Assembly (NCBI GenBank): GCA_963693365.1
Contig: CAVNZM010000003.1
Coordinates: 5,584,499 to 5,648,498 of the forward strand
DNA length: 64,000 bases
Reading direction: 5' to 3'
From: Amoebidium appalachense
Taxonomy: Eukaryota; Protista; Ichthyosporea
In this document: positions 45,301 through 58,406 of the stretch, piece by piece
Layout: each line of letters starts with the position of its first letter
Numbering within the stretch: position 1 is the first letter of the stretch
Program-made: the position numbers and the translations under genes
The notes under the pieces: model-generated
What the model saw: only the letters and a program-made list of their open reading frames with translations
Databases searched by the model: none
Told to the model about the DNA's origin: nothing

Positions 45301-45507
45301 CGCGTAACCGGGGTGTGTGGATGTGTCGACCAATGTAGAGTTGAATTTGTGGTGGTTTTTAAACTGTGTTTCGCAAATCACTGTAAACGTGTGGTTGTTT
45401 GTCTGTTGTTGTATGTAGCTGATTTTATCGTCGAGTGTCCCGGGGGGGAGGCCCTTTTGGGGGCCCAGTGTCCGAGCATTCCAGAAGAAGAAGGATAAAT
45501 TAGGCAT
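42313..45507 (-). CDS. LINE ORF2: APE endonuclease plus reverse transcriptase
   Basis: WNART, ICETQ, ILGDFN, SDHSPI; KSCGPDG, FRPITL, IDWKTAYDSV, GLLQGSLLSPFLF, YADD, YKYLG. Confidence 0.97.
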   Translation of the reverse strand: MPNLSFFFWNARTLGPQKGLPPGTLDDKISYIQQQTNNHTFTVICETQFKNHHKFNSTLVDTSTHPGYAKNRGIIVLAAPHVRVKCKPVAKTEFSVSIEFLSNVFTFVYYPPSMSVVELTHELSQLPMSTVILGDFNTRLHHTDTLQVSVGYPSKPPERAIPLARYVQSHTLRFPQISHAHNTDWGVAFWPSTMSKLSLPPNLSRSSDHSPILFLPKISLDLLPPPPPTFRLRLSQLKSQWGRVDVCVCYATKHPIYMRLLESAQARPDSHLVLDTCTNFIVDDLIDLGDYAGGGRKEYPDALLLPNTTPARLGEPLSQKESLRRLASMNRFGPPARIIGDTTGDPLIDSDKYFSELFKDRTPAQKPIVWPVDPSIPIESILPFFSPDAIWSVISSYSSSKSCGPDGLPAGFLKILVPSYPQKESDRAIKPDLTIMLSSLFSWCVKCGHVPSSWLDTLVIPIVKKDSEGPISSFRPITLTQVVRRFFEACLLRLFAHHPRFQSILHIHPCQSAFRKNNSCYVQIMALHDSMQVGAQYVGFIDWKTAYDSVSPGLLWEKLAARGVPHCIGVLLEALLSQTYGRAVVNGHLSYGFARTRGLLQGSLLSPFLFNLFIDDLAVKIYAENDDPINNFPPALLYADDLSLLARTPRRLQRLFDVVSEWCKANLMILNIDKCGVLVPDIANNLHTFTLSSKPVPIVPEYKYLGVPVDSVGVMFPHMVEKRVELARKRLAFFSANIFKDTPLHPSIRLTFIRTFVFPACEYGLPLLAAWIKKERTRALKPLANFLEAEVASFLSNNCCKPGPVTLSIYGLVPIAARVSYLALKFNKHISRLKKYLPSHPLFSIRPVPSSPLPSFLPSLSPSPLGTNTNKPRNSVCVTLDCHLLIKHVHNHKIITQYNKWKKIPNDTRPDESIHLEKLSLMSRFIYTDRLNHIAKYGTRKCITPKYILPSCRTGLSLADGIIDQLPRFYCTRAIQWRSNKYKVASFACPNNTHTHQFNRSCIAKCSLIDHIIPQHTHVTFTTDTQKDSLPVNYNILDFILNTRNYDLFIRCIDWLEKHITTKL

Positions 45508-46684
45508 CGGTTTGGTCCGACACCTGTGGGGTTGGTTCCCACTTGTCGCTTACGGGGTCGTATGCACGACCTTCCGCCAGCGCGAACAGTTCGCAGAAGA
45601 GCTCGATTTCCATCTCGCATCGGCGTTTGCGCTCGAGCAGTTTCTCACCAGAAAACATTGGTTCCTTCGTGTCCGTGTCTATCACGCTCGTAGCATCGTT
45701 TTCCAACTTTGCGAGGAACTCTTTTGCCTTGCTGATGCGTACACGACAACGTGTGGCGCACGCATTCTTAGCAGACACTTTACGTTCTTTGTCTGCTTTC
45801 TGAATGTTTTCCGGCGCGCATGGGTCGTAGCTTGGGAGGTGGGTGAAGAAGCTTCCACACCCCTTTGTCGCGTCACGGATGAACGCACGGTTATAGTCGC
45901 CCCGTACTGCTACTTCCAGCACATCGTATCCAATGAAGGACAGACAAAGGATGCGAGAGCACCGGAAGCCGAGAGCCTTGAAGATGGACCACATGGCCCT
46001 GTGTGGGCGTCTGCCGTGCTTGACTTTGAAATACACCCTCTCGTATTTGGGTGGGATGTTGATGTTACCGTTTGCTTGGGTGTTCCCCTTAGCCGGCGGT
46101 TTGGGAGGGGAGTTGCGGCGGTACTCGTTGCCTGCAAGAATGCTGGCATATGTTTCCTTGGCAATTTGGCGGAGCTCGGGTGTTTTACGAGAGTTCGCAT
46201 ATTCTAGGAACTCTGCCGGGAGCTGTGCTTCCGGTCCTGTGTTGTTTTGTGTTGGGGTGGAAATGTCTCCGTCGCGAGATGTTTGCTCATGAGTTTTGGG
46301 GTTTTGCGATCCACTAATGTTTAGCTGGGCTGTGAGTGAATCAATGGTGAGCTTGAGTTGGGTATTTTCTGTTTGGAGTTTTTCTATCATGTTCTTGAGT
46401 GGTAACAGCTCATTTAGCTGTTTCTTAACGAGGGCAAGTTCTGCCAGTACTGTATCAACCGAAAGTTTCGGCATGGTTGTTATTGTGTTTCTACGGAGTG
46501 GTGTGGTGTTATTCTGAATGGGTAGTGTATTGTAAATAGGTGTTGCGCTTAGTCTAAGGCGATGTTTTTCTGGTTGTGCATCTGTGGTAGGTGTATCTGC
46601 TGGACGTTTTAATGGTCGCACATGTGTGATGGGTGTAGATGGAACTTTGAAAGAGGTTCTGAAACGATTATAGGCATGTGCCAT
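45500..46684 (-). CDS. LINE ORF1 (coiled coil plus RRM-like region)
   Basis: Directly upstream of ORF2 and overlapping it by 8 nt; leucine heptads LQTENTQLKLTIDSL. Confidence 0.85.
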   Translation of the reverse strand: MAHAYNRFRTSFKVPSTPITHVRPLKRPADTPTTDAQPEKHRLRLSATPIYNTLPIQNNTTPLRRNTITTMPKLSVDTVLAELALVKKQLNELLPLKNMIEKLQTENTQLKLTIDSLTAQLNISGSQNPKTHEQTSRDGDISTPTQNNTGPEAQLPAEFLEYANSRKTPELRQIAKETYASILAGNEYRRNSPPKPPAKGNTQANGNINIPPKYERVYFKVKHGRRPHRAMWSIFKALGFRCSRILCLSFIGYDVLEVAVRGDYNRAFIRDATKGCGSFFTHLPSYDPCAPENIQKADKERKVSAKNACATRCRVRISKAKEFLAKLENDATSVIDTDTKEPMFSGEKLLERKRRCEMEIELFCELFALAEGRAYDPVSDKWEPTPQVSDQTDA

Positions 46685-47760
46685 GACATGGATGGGGGTG
46701 TTCCCCGGCCCTTAGGGCCACGGATGGCCTGGTTTAGGGGTGGATGCGCGAAGGATACTATTTATTAGCAGATAATAAAGAGCGACATTTGAATCGATGT
46801 GTGAAGTATCTATTTGTGTGAAGTATCTATTTCATACGTCACCTGTCCTGTGCCACAGACAAAACAGACAAAGGCTCTGTGTCACTGTGACCTAAGTATT
46901 CGGGTTACAGGTAGCCTAGCCTCTGGTTCCATATAGATCTAGTAGTCCTACAAAGCTGCGTAATTTAATACGTTGGGCCCCTACTGGCACATCCATAGTT
47001 GACACTCCGAGTCCTCGGTACGGGCCCCAGGTCACTATGATCTGGTAATGTAAACTTCTACCCAACAAGACACACATGTAGAAAACGACGTTACAGCATA
47101 CATATTACTATAGTATGTGGAGATATAACTTAAAAGATAAAAACAAAAAAATCGTTTATTTTAGGTACCAGGGCTTAGTCAGTATTCTGAGACTGTAATG
47201 CATTTTAGTCCAGGCAACCCATATATCACTTGTGGAACAGTAGAACCTCGCCAGAGTTAAGTATGAAATCAAGCACAGAAAAACCCGGCAGGCCTTTCCC
47301 TGTGGCATGCTTTGCATGGGCCAGGGTAAATCGGGTGTGTATGTCTGGAAAATCAAATTCAGTATATCATATCGAATATTTTAATTGATATTTTCCACTG
47401 CCTTTCCTCCGGTCCCCCCATCCGCTTCTTCTGTAGAAAAAGGGAACCAGAGATAGGTAGAGAGGGGGAAGGGGGGGGGGGGGGGGGGGGGGGGGGGGAG
47501 GGGGGGAGGGGGGGGGGGGGGGGGGAGGGGGGAGAAGTGGGGAGGAAGATAAGAGAGATAGCACTCAAGAGAGAGGGGCGAAGGGAGAGAGGGAGGGAGA
47601 GAGAGGGGACGTGTGATATGGAGGGAATGGGGTTGGGGAAAGATAGGGCCCGGGGGGGGGGAGGGGGGAGGGAGAGATTCCCGGGGAAAGTGGGAGGGGG
47701 AGAGAGAAAGGAGCTCCGGAGAGAGAGGAAGAGAGATGGGAGGGAGCGGGGGGGGGGGGG

Positions 47761-48085
<325 letters not shown>

Positions 48086-48121
48086 CGAGCGGAACTCAAC
48101 TTGGTTGGCCTTGCCCCGAGA

Positions 48122-48173
<52 letters not shown>

Positions 48174-48910
48174 TCGAGTTGAATATTTGTGCCTAAAATG
48201 TCGTTGAAAAGAAAGAATAATAGGGAATTGTGCGAATACCCTTGTTACATCGATGGCTTGCAGTTGTTGATGATGAATGGTGTATTGAGTCTGTGATACC
48301 AGTGACAGTGCCTAAAAATTTTAAAAATATATATAAGAGTTACTTCCTGCCAGGCAAGAAGACCGGAGACATATATATGGTCGTCGATGTCCCCGTCGAC
48401 ATCTTGAAAATGGAGCGCGATTCGCTCAATGTGAAGGAAAATGATTGGTATGTAAGTTTGTCTTGTGGCGGTGGAACACAGTGACCTACTGCATGTCCAC
48501 ATGAGCCCCATACACGCCATCGGTTTATCAATCTATCAACCCAAATATAAGCTTAGTGAATGGCAGAGTAAAAACTATGAAAACATCAGAGAGTGAATAC
48601 AAGTAGCTCGCGGAGTCGACAATCATCTGTATTGGAGATAGGACAACTGTCCCAAGCATAGCCTTGGAGTCACTTTGGGGAAGTCAGACTTTGGGGAATT
48701 TCTGAAATTCCTTCGAACACAATCCTCATTTCTATTGGCTAAAAAGTTTTGCCTGCGAGTATATAAACTAACCGCTGAGGACTCATTTGCGCACACAAAC
48801 AACCGAGCTCACAAGTTCAGACAATCCCGCCAAGCGACCAAAAAAGAGTGGAGTCTCAGATTACTTTCCTCACACCTATATATTCAACCTTAATTTTTTT
48901 CCATTATAAA

Positions 48911-49663
48911 ATGGCCAGCTCACGCACAGCCACAGCCATCCTCCTCTCAGCGGCTGCCCTCTTTTCAGGGTCCGCAGTCGCCTCTCCCACCCGCACACAG
49001 CGCAACACGAACGCCACCGTTCCCTCCTTCGATGGGTTTGTGCGGTGTGACACGGTCATGAGCTGCGGGTGGGGCTACTACACAGACTCATGGGACGGCG
49101 GTGTTGCGCGCTGCAACCCCAAAGAGAAAGACCTCGAGGACGGGTTTGCTGCGTGCTGGTACGTGCAGTGCTGCCTGCAGCCGGCAGACATGCGCTGCAA
49201 CGACCCGGTGCTCAACATCACATGCCCGGCCGGCGAGGAGCTGACACGGGACAAGAAGGGCATGTCGCAAGAGACTGACTGGGAGGCGGCAGACGCCGAC
49301 CGTGGGTGCTGCATCAACAAGACAATGAACGGGCCCCTGGTGACGCCCAAAACAACAAACTTCACAAAGTGCAGCGAGTCAAAGTCACTCAACCAGACCG
49401 GGGGTTGCCCCTTCGGTTTCAAGCCCAACCCGTTCGACCCCGCTGGAAGCGAGCAGGTGTGCGACCCGAAGGCAAAGAAGGGGTCGAAGAATGCGTGCAC
49501 GTCCAATAGGTGCTGCATGATGCCTGAATGGGTGCACTGCAACGACGAGAGGCTGGGGGTCAAGTGTGATGGCGACTACAAGAGGGACGACACGGGCAGG
49601 GTGGAGACCTGCCGCACAGGCATTGATAAGTGCGATAAGAAGTTCTGCTGTGCAAGCAGTTAG
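48911..49663 (+). CDS. Secreted cysteine-rich protein, copy B
   Basis: Same length as copy A (250 aa) with only a few substitutions. Confidence 0.88.
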   Translation: MASSRTATAILLSAAALFSGSAVASPTRTQRNTNATVPSFDGFVRCDTVMSCGWGYYTDSWDGGVARCNPKEKDLEDGFAACWYVQCCLQPADMRCNDPVLNITCPAGEELTRDKKGMSQETDWEAADADRGCCINKTMNGPLVTPKTTNFTKCSESKSLNQTGGCPFGFKPNPFDPAGSEQVCDPKAKKGSKNACTSNRCCMMPEWVHCNDERLGVKCDGDYKRDDTGRVETCRTGIDKCDKKFCCASS

Positions 49664-50787
49664 ATTTTAGGTTCTACTTGTTAAAATGTAACTATGTGCC
49701 CTCTCAATACGACTTACTCTTGTGCCTTTTCTCCATCATAAGTAAACTCTCGAGGGCACAGCGCATTCATTGATCAAAGTTTGATGTACATCTACTACTA
49801 ATAGCTCTGTGAGCTAAATAAAAAAGAGAAACTCATTTGCAATATGCAGATGCATTGGGCATCATTATGTATAACGGTAAGCAGTGTGAAACCACCATTC
49901 GACCCCAACCAAACTCTTTCATCATTTCCACGAATAATTTTCTCTTGAGGTTCTTTTTGAAAATAGCAGCACACACATATGACGGAAAGCAAGGCACATT
50001 TTGTTTGTTGCCGGGGCTGGCCGAACTTTTTTCCAACTAGAAATATTGAAAAATATGCCCCCCCTCCCCCCCCCCCCCCCCTCCCCCCCCCCCCCCCCCC
50101 CCCCCCCCCCAAACAACAACAACAATGGGACATGACAGTCGCTGTCTGGCAAATATTAAAAAACATGCACCGCAATAACTTTTCTTTTTTTCTTTCTCTA
50201 TTTTTTTTTTTTTTTTTTGTGCGGCGGCGGCGGGGGGGGGGGGGGGGGGGGGGGGCTCAGGCTTATTGGCGGACGACATATCTCCTTCCTTGATACACCC
50301 ACAGGTGATTCGCCACAGTACTGTACTCAACACACACTCAAGCCTCCGAGGAAAGTTAAACGGCACATCCCCGCGTGACGACCAGAACACATACAGTCAC
50401 ACCTGTGCATGCGCATAGGGTTCAAAATACACAGCTATTTTTTACGGTACAAGTTTGAACATGCTGACCGCCGCACAGCACACATGGCGTCTCTGCGTTG
50501 TAATCGAAAGAAAATAAAAGGGGGGAGGGGGGGGGGAAGAAAACAAAAGAAAAAAGTGTTTTGTTGTGAAACCGTGCCATGTGTCCACCTCAATGACTCC
50601 GGACAGATAGTAGGAGAGATGTAAGGCATTAAACTCAATATAATACCCCCCCCCCCCCCCCCCCCCCCCCCTTCTCTACCCCTTTTCCCCTTTAGGAGCC
50701 TTGAGCCAAGCTTGGTGGTGCTTTATAATACCATTACAGATCTCGATGAGCCCCCGGCCCCTCCTCCCCCCCCCCCCCCCCTTTCCA

Positions 50788-50819
<32 letters not shown>

Positions 50820-51844
50820 TCCCCTCCACCCGCACCACATACACACCATCAAAGCTACACGTACCTGGACACTCCGAAGGTGGGATATTTAACATTATGA
50901 TATACCGGTATTAATAAAGAGTCATTTAAGCCCACAAACTTGAAGAGTTCCCCTCTCCCCCCCCCCCCACACACACAAAAATAAAAAATAAAAGAAAAAA
51001 AAATATCCTTCCTCCCTGCCCCCCTGAAAACACGGACACAGACACAAACACTAGTGTGTGTGTACGTAATACTCACGCACGCACATACACGCACACACAA
51101 ACCTGTCGTGCGCACAAAAGCACAGAGTCACACACGTGCGCACACGCGCGTACACACACAAAGACACATGGGGGGGGGGGGGGGGGGGGGGGGGGGGAAG
51201 GAGGAGAAGGAACGGTTCACATTAAACACCTTTATCACTTGGCAAAACAAGGGTGGCGAACTCTTTAAAGTGGCAACTACTTAGTAATACCGTTAGCGCT
51301 TGCATTCTTAGTGCCTTTACGTGTTTTGTATGCACACTCGGTGCATACACACACACAATTCGAAGCGGGATGATCATGTTTGCATCATGTATGCCTGAAG
51401 CGGCCTGGTGTGTGTGTTTCTTTTCAAATCATGTCCCGTACGATTAATGAACAGTGTTTTTGTGATATGTGTGTCGTAGTGTTCATACACGGTGTGCATA
51501 TATGTCTGCCACAGTGTGTTTACGTGCAGCGTTCATGAGAGCGCACACCGTGACAATACCTCAATCTAGGTGATGTGACTTTTAAACAAACACGTGATTG
51601 TGGTGTGGGTCTGCCCTTACTGATACATGTGTGATGTGGATACTGTCTGCCAGCACTCTGGTGGCTAAAGTTTGCCAAACTATTATAATCCTCGTTTACT
51701 ATTGGTCGCAGGGCTATTATTATCTGACTGCCACATCTCGTATAAGAATAAATTTTGTGCACGTGCGCCATTTCTGCCCTCGGCTTTTCGGTCTCTCTGC
51801 TCCGGCAGTTTTTACCCCCTACCGGCCTATCCGATATTGGGTAC

Positions 51845-51877
<33 letters not shown>

Positions 51878-52413
51878 AGGGCTGAAAGGGGCCTGTTACG
51901 ATCAGGGGGACAAAGGGATTGTTGTGTCTCTTTCGAACTGCGAGTGTCAGAGGTAGGTTTAAAGAAGCCCTTCGTGGGTCTGGCAACAAACCGGGGGGGG
52001 GGGGGGGGGGGGAAGGGGGGGGGGGGGGGGGTCACAGAGCACGAAGTCCACATCCGGCATGGCAGACAACACAATGCAGTGCGCATGCAAGCACACAGAA
52101 TCTGCATAATACGCAGAGCAAATCCTCGGGGCCGGGGGGGGGGGGGGGGGGGGAGGGGGGAGGTCTAGGGTGTTAAATAGTAGAGTTTTAACAGCGGAAG
52201 CAAAAACCCCATGTATACACCACTTATGTGGTTTTAAAGTCGAATGGTCACGTTAATTTATTTGTCAGGCTAGACTGAGCGCAGGTAGGGTGGCCCTTTC
52301 TCGTTTTCCACTTCATACACAACACGTGTGACAAAAAACTTTCTTCGATGAGCTTTCGTGCATTTGAAAAGCTTCGGATATGAAATTTCAAAAAGCTAAG
52401 ATTTAACCGTCAT

Positions 52414-52500
<87 letters not shown>

Positions 52501-52548
52501 GGCTGCCCGCCTGCCCATTTCACGTGATCACCAGAGGGCAAAAAAAAA

Positions 52549-52580
<32 letters not shown>

Positions 52581-52718
52581 AGAAGGAAAAAAAAGGAAGA
52601 GTTTCATATATATCATTCACAACTGACGGTGTGTACAACAAGTGTGTGTGCTCCGTGTTTGTATATGCTAACTTGTTTAATAACCATCAAGTTCATGCAG
52701 ACCCAATTGAGTTGGTGG

Positions 52719-52790
<72 letters not shown>

Positions 52791-53049
52791 GTGCGTGTGT
52801 GTGTGTGTGTGTGTGTGCATGTGCGTGGAAGTATGCGACATGCAATACGTTCATACAAAACCGCTACCATAGAAGCTACCATGGGGAAAAGGCTCCGAAA
52901 CACGAAATTGTATGAGCACGTGAAACGTACATTTGAGCAGAAAACGTCTCACTTCTATATTTCGTAACGCACCAACATCCAAATACTATTCATATCCTTG
53001 CCAGTTGTTTCACAGCAAGAGGGCCAACGATTTAGCACCAAGTCACACC

Positions 53050-53180
53050 GCGGCAGATTTTGCAGATTTTCCGACCCAATTTTGCATATTTTCGGACCCA
53101 ATTTTGCAGATTTTCCGACCCAAATTTGCAGATTTTCCGACCAGAATTGCGGATCCTCCGAACCAATTTGCAGAATTTCT
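53050..53180. repeat. Degenerate tandem repeat of about 22-23 bp (tttgcagattttccgaccca), about five copies
   Basis: Seen directly, just past the MED27 stop codon. Confidence 0.8.
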
Positions 53181-53218
53181 TACCCACATTTTCTTTATTC
53201 AACGGAAAAAGTGTTTGG

Positions 53219-53466
53219 TCACTGCAGTGGGGCACACCGTGGGTGGTAGGGTAGGTGGCTGCTCGTGAAATCACGGTATGTTGGAGGGAGCATCTTGGAC
53301 TCCTGCGTGTGTGTGCGTACGTGTGTGTGTGTGTGTGTACGTGTGTGTACGTGTGTATACGTGTGTGTGTGTGTACGTGTGTGTACGTGTGTGTGTGTAC
53401 GTGTGTGTACGTGTGTGTGTGTGTGTGTGTACGTGTGTGTGTGTGTGTACGTGTGTGTCTGTGTGT

Positions 53467-53503
<37 letters not shown>

Positions 53504-53814
53504 TGTGTGTGTGTGTGTGTGCGTACGTGTGTGTACATGTGTGGGGTAGAGGAAAAACAAAATAGCGTGTGTGTATGTGGGTGTGTACGTGCGTGTACTT
53601 GTGAAATTGCGAGTGTGTGTGTGTGTGCGTGTGGATGTTGGTGGGTACATTTGTACGTGTGTGTGTGGCCGTGTACCTAAGGAGGGTGTCCTGTGTGTGC
53701 TGTGTGTTTGTGTGTGTGTGACAGTGCGCGAGTGTACGGGAGTGCGCATGCGAGCACGATCCCATGCATGCAGGCGTGTGGGTGTGTACGCGGGCCGGGT
53801 GAGGCCGGGTGGAA

Positions 53815-53845
<31 letters not shown>

Positions 53846-53940
53846 GGGGGGGGGGGTTAAAATGCGTTATTAAGCACGAAGCACACATTCATGACGGACA
53901 ACACATCATGTGTGTGTGCCTCTGTCCTGTGTATGTCTGT

Positions 53941-53987
<47 letters not shown>

Positions 53988-54088
53988 ACATGCGCGTGCC
54001 TTTTTTCCCGCGCACTCCGTGAGTTTTGGCAGAAAGGGTTTTAGTAACGTAGAAAGTGATTTTGATATTTGCTCTTTCGGCACACACG

Positions 54089-54135
<47 letters not shown>

Positions 54136-54522
54136 AAAAAAAAAGGTTACGAAGAGAAAATAAACATTTGCGCACACGCATACACATCCACATTCATATT
54201 CAAGGGAACACAAACAGAAAAGAAAGGGGGTTGGAGAAAAAGAGGAAAAGCAGCAACCACGATTTCGTCTGCCCCCATAACCCCTGAATCAATCACCCGT
54301 GCCCAGGGCTCTGAATTAGTTGAAATTTTGTTGTGTGCCTACCGTAGATAAACGATTGATTGTTTGCGAAAGGTGAAGCAGGGACAGAAGAAGAGGAGAA
54401 TGGGAATGGCCGTGGTGGTGGACAGGAGGCGGGGAGGGGGTTTGAATGCGGGACACGGTACGAAGTACACATACACTATGCATGGTGCAGGACACATGCA
54501 AAAGGGGCGGGGAGGGGGGGGG

Positions 54523-54568
<46 letters not shown>

Positions 54569-54900
54569 AGGGGGAGCAAGATGTGCGTGTGTGTTTTCTG
54601 TGTGTGTGTGTGTGTTCGGGGGGGGGGGGGGGGGGGGAGAAGGAGCAGGGGAGGGTTCACGAGCAGATACAATCGGAAAAGATAATGAGCGAATCGATTG
54701 GACAACAGCGGTGGGATGGCAGTACGAGGAAGGGAGGGGGAGGGAGGGAAGGAGACAAGAAGGGGGGGAGGGGGGGGGGGGAGGGAGACAAGAAGAGGGG
54801 GGGGGGGGGGAGGGAGGGGGACAAGAGGGGAGGAGGTGGGGGGGGGGGGGAAGGGGGAGGGGGGGGGGGGAGAGGGGGAAAAGAGGGGGACAAGAGGACG

Positions 54901-54935
<35 letters not shown>

Positions 54936-55718
54936 ACCTCCGAATCGAAGCTCAGATGGCGGCCACAGGCAGTGCACTTTGCAGTGAACAGGTTGTGGTA
55001 GCTGTGCAGCCATGACTGTGGCCCGGCCCGTCAGTGCTGACCCGACCCGAATGCTACTGACCAGGACCAACACTGACTCTGTCTAGCCTCAGAACTATAC
55101 CGTGTCGTGTATCTGCCTCATCTTTTTTCCCCTTTTAAAAAAAAAAACCAGCCCAATCTCAATCCCTCTTCTTTGCTCCCTGAGATCTTTTCACTCCCCT
55201 CCCTTTCCAGCTAATCCCCCCCCCCCTCCCCCCACACACATCCACTCTCTCCCTCTCCCTCTCCCTCTCTCGATCTCTTTCCATCTCCCCACCGCCATCC
55301 CTCCCCATCCTCCACCCATTTCTTTCACCTTTTGCCCCTCCAACCCCCCCCCCCCCCCCCCCCCCCCCCCCACCCACCCCACCCCCCTTCCCCCCCTCCC
55401 CCATCACACCCTCCCCCTCCCCCCCCTCCCTTCCCCACCACACTCACCACCACCACCACCCCCCACCCCCCAACAACACTCACCACCACCACCACCGCAG
55501 CGGGAGCCGAACATATCCCAACAAAACATATCACTTATAAGGGGTAATAGCAGTGGGAGATATACCAAGAATACAGCAGTCACGCTGTTTGGTTGGCGCA
55601 CTCGGAAGTGCAGGAGTGCAGCGTTGGCTAGATGGGTCACTCGCTGGAAAACGATGTGTGTGGGCTCACTCCATACATTCATCTGTGCGAGATATGCATG
55701 TAAGTTTATACATGTGAG

Positions 55719-55774
<56 letters not shown>

Positions 55775-56434
55775 CATACATAAAAGGTATACATGTGAGA
55801 TAACTATGTAGGATATACATCTGAACATTTGAGATGTATATGCATGTTATATATGTAAGATACACGCGCGATATACATGTAAGATATACATGAAAATCTT
55901 ACGTGTAAGATATACGTGTGAGCAGTTGAGTACTTGTAAGATATGTGAAGGGGGGGGGGGGGGGGGGGGGGGAGGTGGGAGGGGGAGGAGGGGAGGGGCG
56001 AGGGGGGGGGGGGGGGGGGGGTGAAGGGGGTGGTTTAGGGGGGGATGGGGGGAGGAGGGGGTTTGAATGCAGAACACGGTACGAAGTACACATACACGAT
56101 GAGAAGCATGGTGCAGGACACATGCAAAGGCAAACAAACAAGTATGCAACATCAGCCATGCGCACAGTATGCGTCATAAGCAGAGCCCATCCTCAGGGAG
56201 GGCCCAAGTCATCAATTGCGTCTGAGTTTCGACCCCTTAGCCCGCGTATATACGACTCTCCAACTCAGACAGCAGCATCAACTCAACTTGGGAGGGTCAA
56301 CCCGTCTTGGGGGAAGAGAGAGAGAACGAGAGGGAGAGCCCAGGGAGAGAAAGGGGTAAGGGGAGGGAGGGAGGGAGGGAGGGGGAGGGGGGAGGGAGAG
56401 AGGGGGGAGGGGAGGGGAGATAAAGAGAGAGAGA

Positions 56435-56494
<60 letters not shown>

Positions 56495-56497
56495 GAG

Positions 56498-56542
<45 letters not shown>

Positions 56543-56679
56543 GAGAGAAAAGAGGGGGGAGGGGAGGGAGACGGACTGGAGGGAGGGGGGGGGGGAGGGG
56601 GGAGTGAGAGGGAGAGGGAGAGGGGGGAGGGAGGGAGGGAGGGAGGGATGGAGGGAGGGAGGGAGGGAGGGAGGGAGGG

Positions 56680-56759
<80 letters not shown>

Positions 56760-56801
56760 CTGAGAGAGAGAGAAGAGAGGGAAAAAAAGGGGGGGGGGAG
56801 T

Positions 56802-56877
<76 letters not shown>

Positions 56878-58366
56878 GGAGAGAGGGAGAGAGAGAGAGG
56901 GAAAGAGAGGGAGAGAGAGGGAGAGGGAGAGAGCGAGAGAGAGGAGGGGGGGGGGGGGGGGAGGGGTGTGGAGTGAGAAGGGGAGAAAGAGACAGAGAGA
57001 GAGAGAGAGAGAGCGTGTGTATATGTGTTAGAGATTCTACACACCTGCTCGTCCGGTGCACACACCACCACCCTCTCTGCCACCAACAGCGTAAGACCAC
57101 CCCCATCCACAGCACGAAATGCCAGGTGGGCCTGCAGTACACCATCGATCTTTATCTGTGAAATTTGGGCCCATCATCAGAGGGCGGTTACAATGCCACC
57201 ATTAAAGAACTCTTTCTCATCGGACCATCAGATATCTAATGTGTTGTTCATAACCTATGCTTTGTTTCGACAGCTAAGTCAAGAACGAACACGTTTGTTC
57301 CAAGCAGCAATCAAAAAACACATACCTCGAGTACATGCAAGGGAGGGATTGGGAACGATTGGGGGGGGGGGGGGGGGGGGGGGGGGGATGTACTCAATGC
57401 AACTTTTCCTTAGGTGGTTTGTTGCAGGTATGCTTAATAATCAGGAGGGTCTACAAGCAAACACGGATGCAACACAGCCAAAAAAACGGGCAAAGCCCCC
57501 CTCTCCCCCCTCCCCCCCATTCTCCCCTCCTTCCTCCCCAAGCCCACCCTTTCCCCCTCCCCTCCCCCCTCTACCCCACACACGCACACACATTAACAAC
57601 CACAAAAAGGCACACACACACCCACACCCACCGTCAGTCCGACCAGCGCCCGTCCCATGACCTCTTCCACCGTCTCCATTCGTGGCTCATACGACTGCGC
57701 CCAACCCCGGGCTTCTTCTATGTCTCGCACGCTTTCGCCCTCCCTCTTTTTACCCAATCGGCTGGCGGCTGTGGTAACCTCCAGGCCCAATCGGTGCCCT
57801 TGGTTGCTGTCGACTAAACGACGCACAACTGGAAATAACCAAATTAGGGAACTGAATCAAATTGGAATAAAAATGGGTGAAATGGTGGTGTGTGGGGGTT
57901 TGTGAGTGAATGTGAACATGTGTGTTTTAAACGGGTATGGAGATGTGCATATGACCAGTATTGAGATAGACGGTTGAACAAATATAGAGATACACACATT
58001 TAAATAAATACAAAGATATCTGTTTCAGCAACGATATATACGAAGCATATGGAGATATTCATAATAACAAAAACGCCAATTAAGTAATCTTGACTCTACA
58101 CGTTTCCGTGCACTGGAACGGAGGGGGGGAGAGGACGGGGGGATGTACTGAATAGGTGCGTGTAAAAGCACACGTGTGTGCCTGGCTGTGCATGTGTGTG
58201 TGTGTTTGCTTGGTGTATGTTTACAAGCATGTGAGCAGGTGCACAAGGAGAGCTAGCGGCATAGTAACTGAGAGGTGCCTTTGTGCAGGGTGTGGGTGCG
58301 CGCGCGCGTGTGTGTGCATTTGTGTTGTGTGTGCATGTATATATATGTGTGTGTGTACGTGTGTGT

Positions 58367-58406
<40 letters not shown>

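Larger units (their letters stand above)
42152..46900 (-). mobile_element. Non-LTR retrotransposon (LINE), both ORFs intact; 5' end not precisely defined
   Basis: ORF1 plus APE-RT ORF2, a (CA)n tract after ORF2 and a poly(A) tail (T run at 42152-42195). Confidence 0.9.

Noticed and set aside
42100-47200. Target-site duplication for the LINE
   Set aside because: No convincing direct repeat found by eye, so the 5' boundary is left approximate.
54430-56125. Segment of about 70 bp duplicated in two MED27 introns
   Set aside because: Probably an ordinary local duplication; no ncRNA features recognised.
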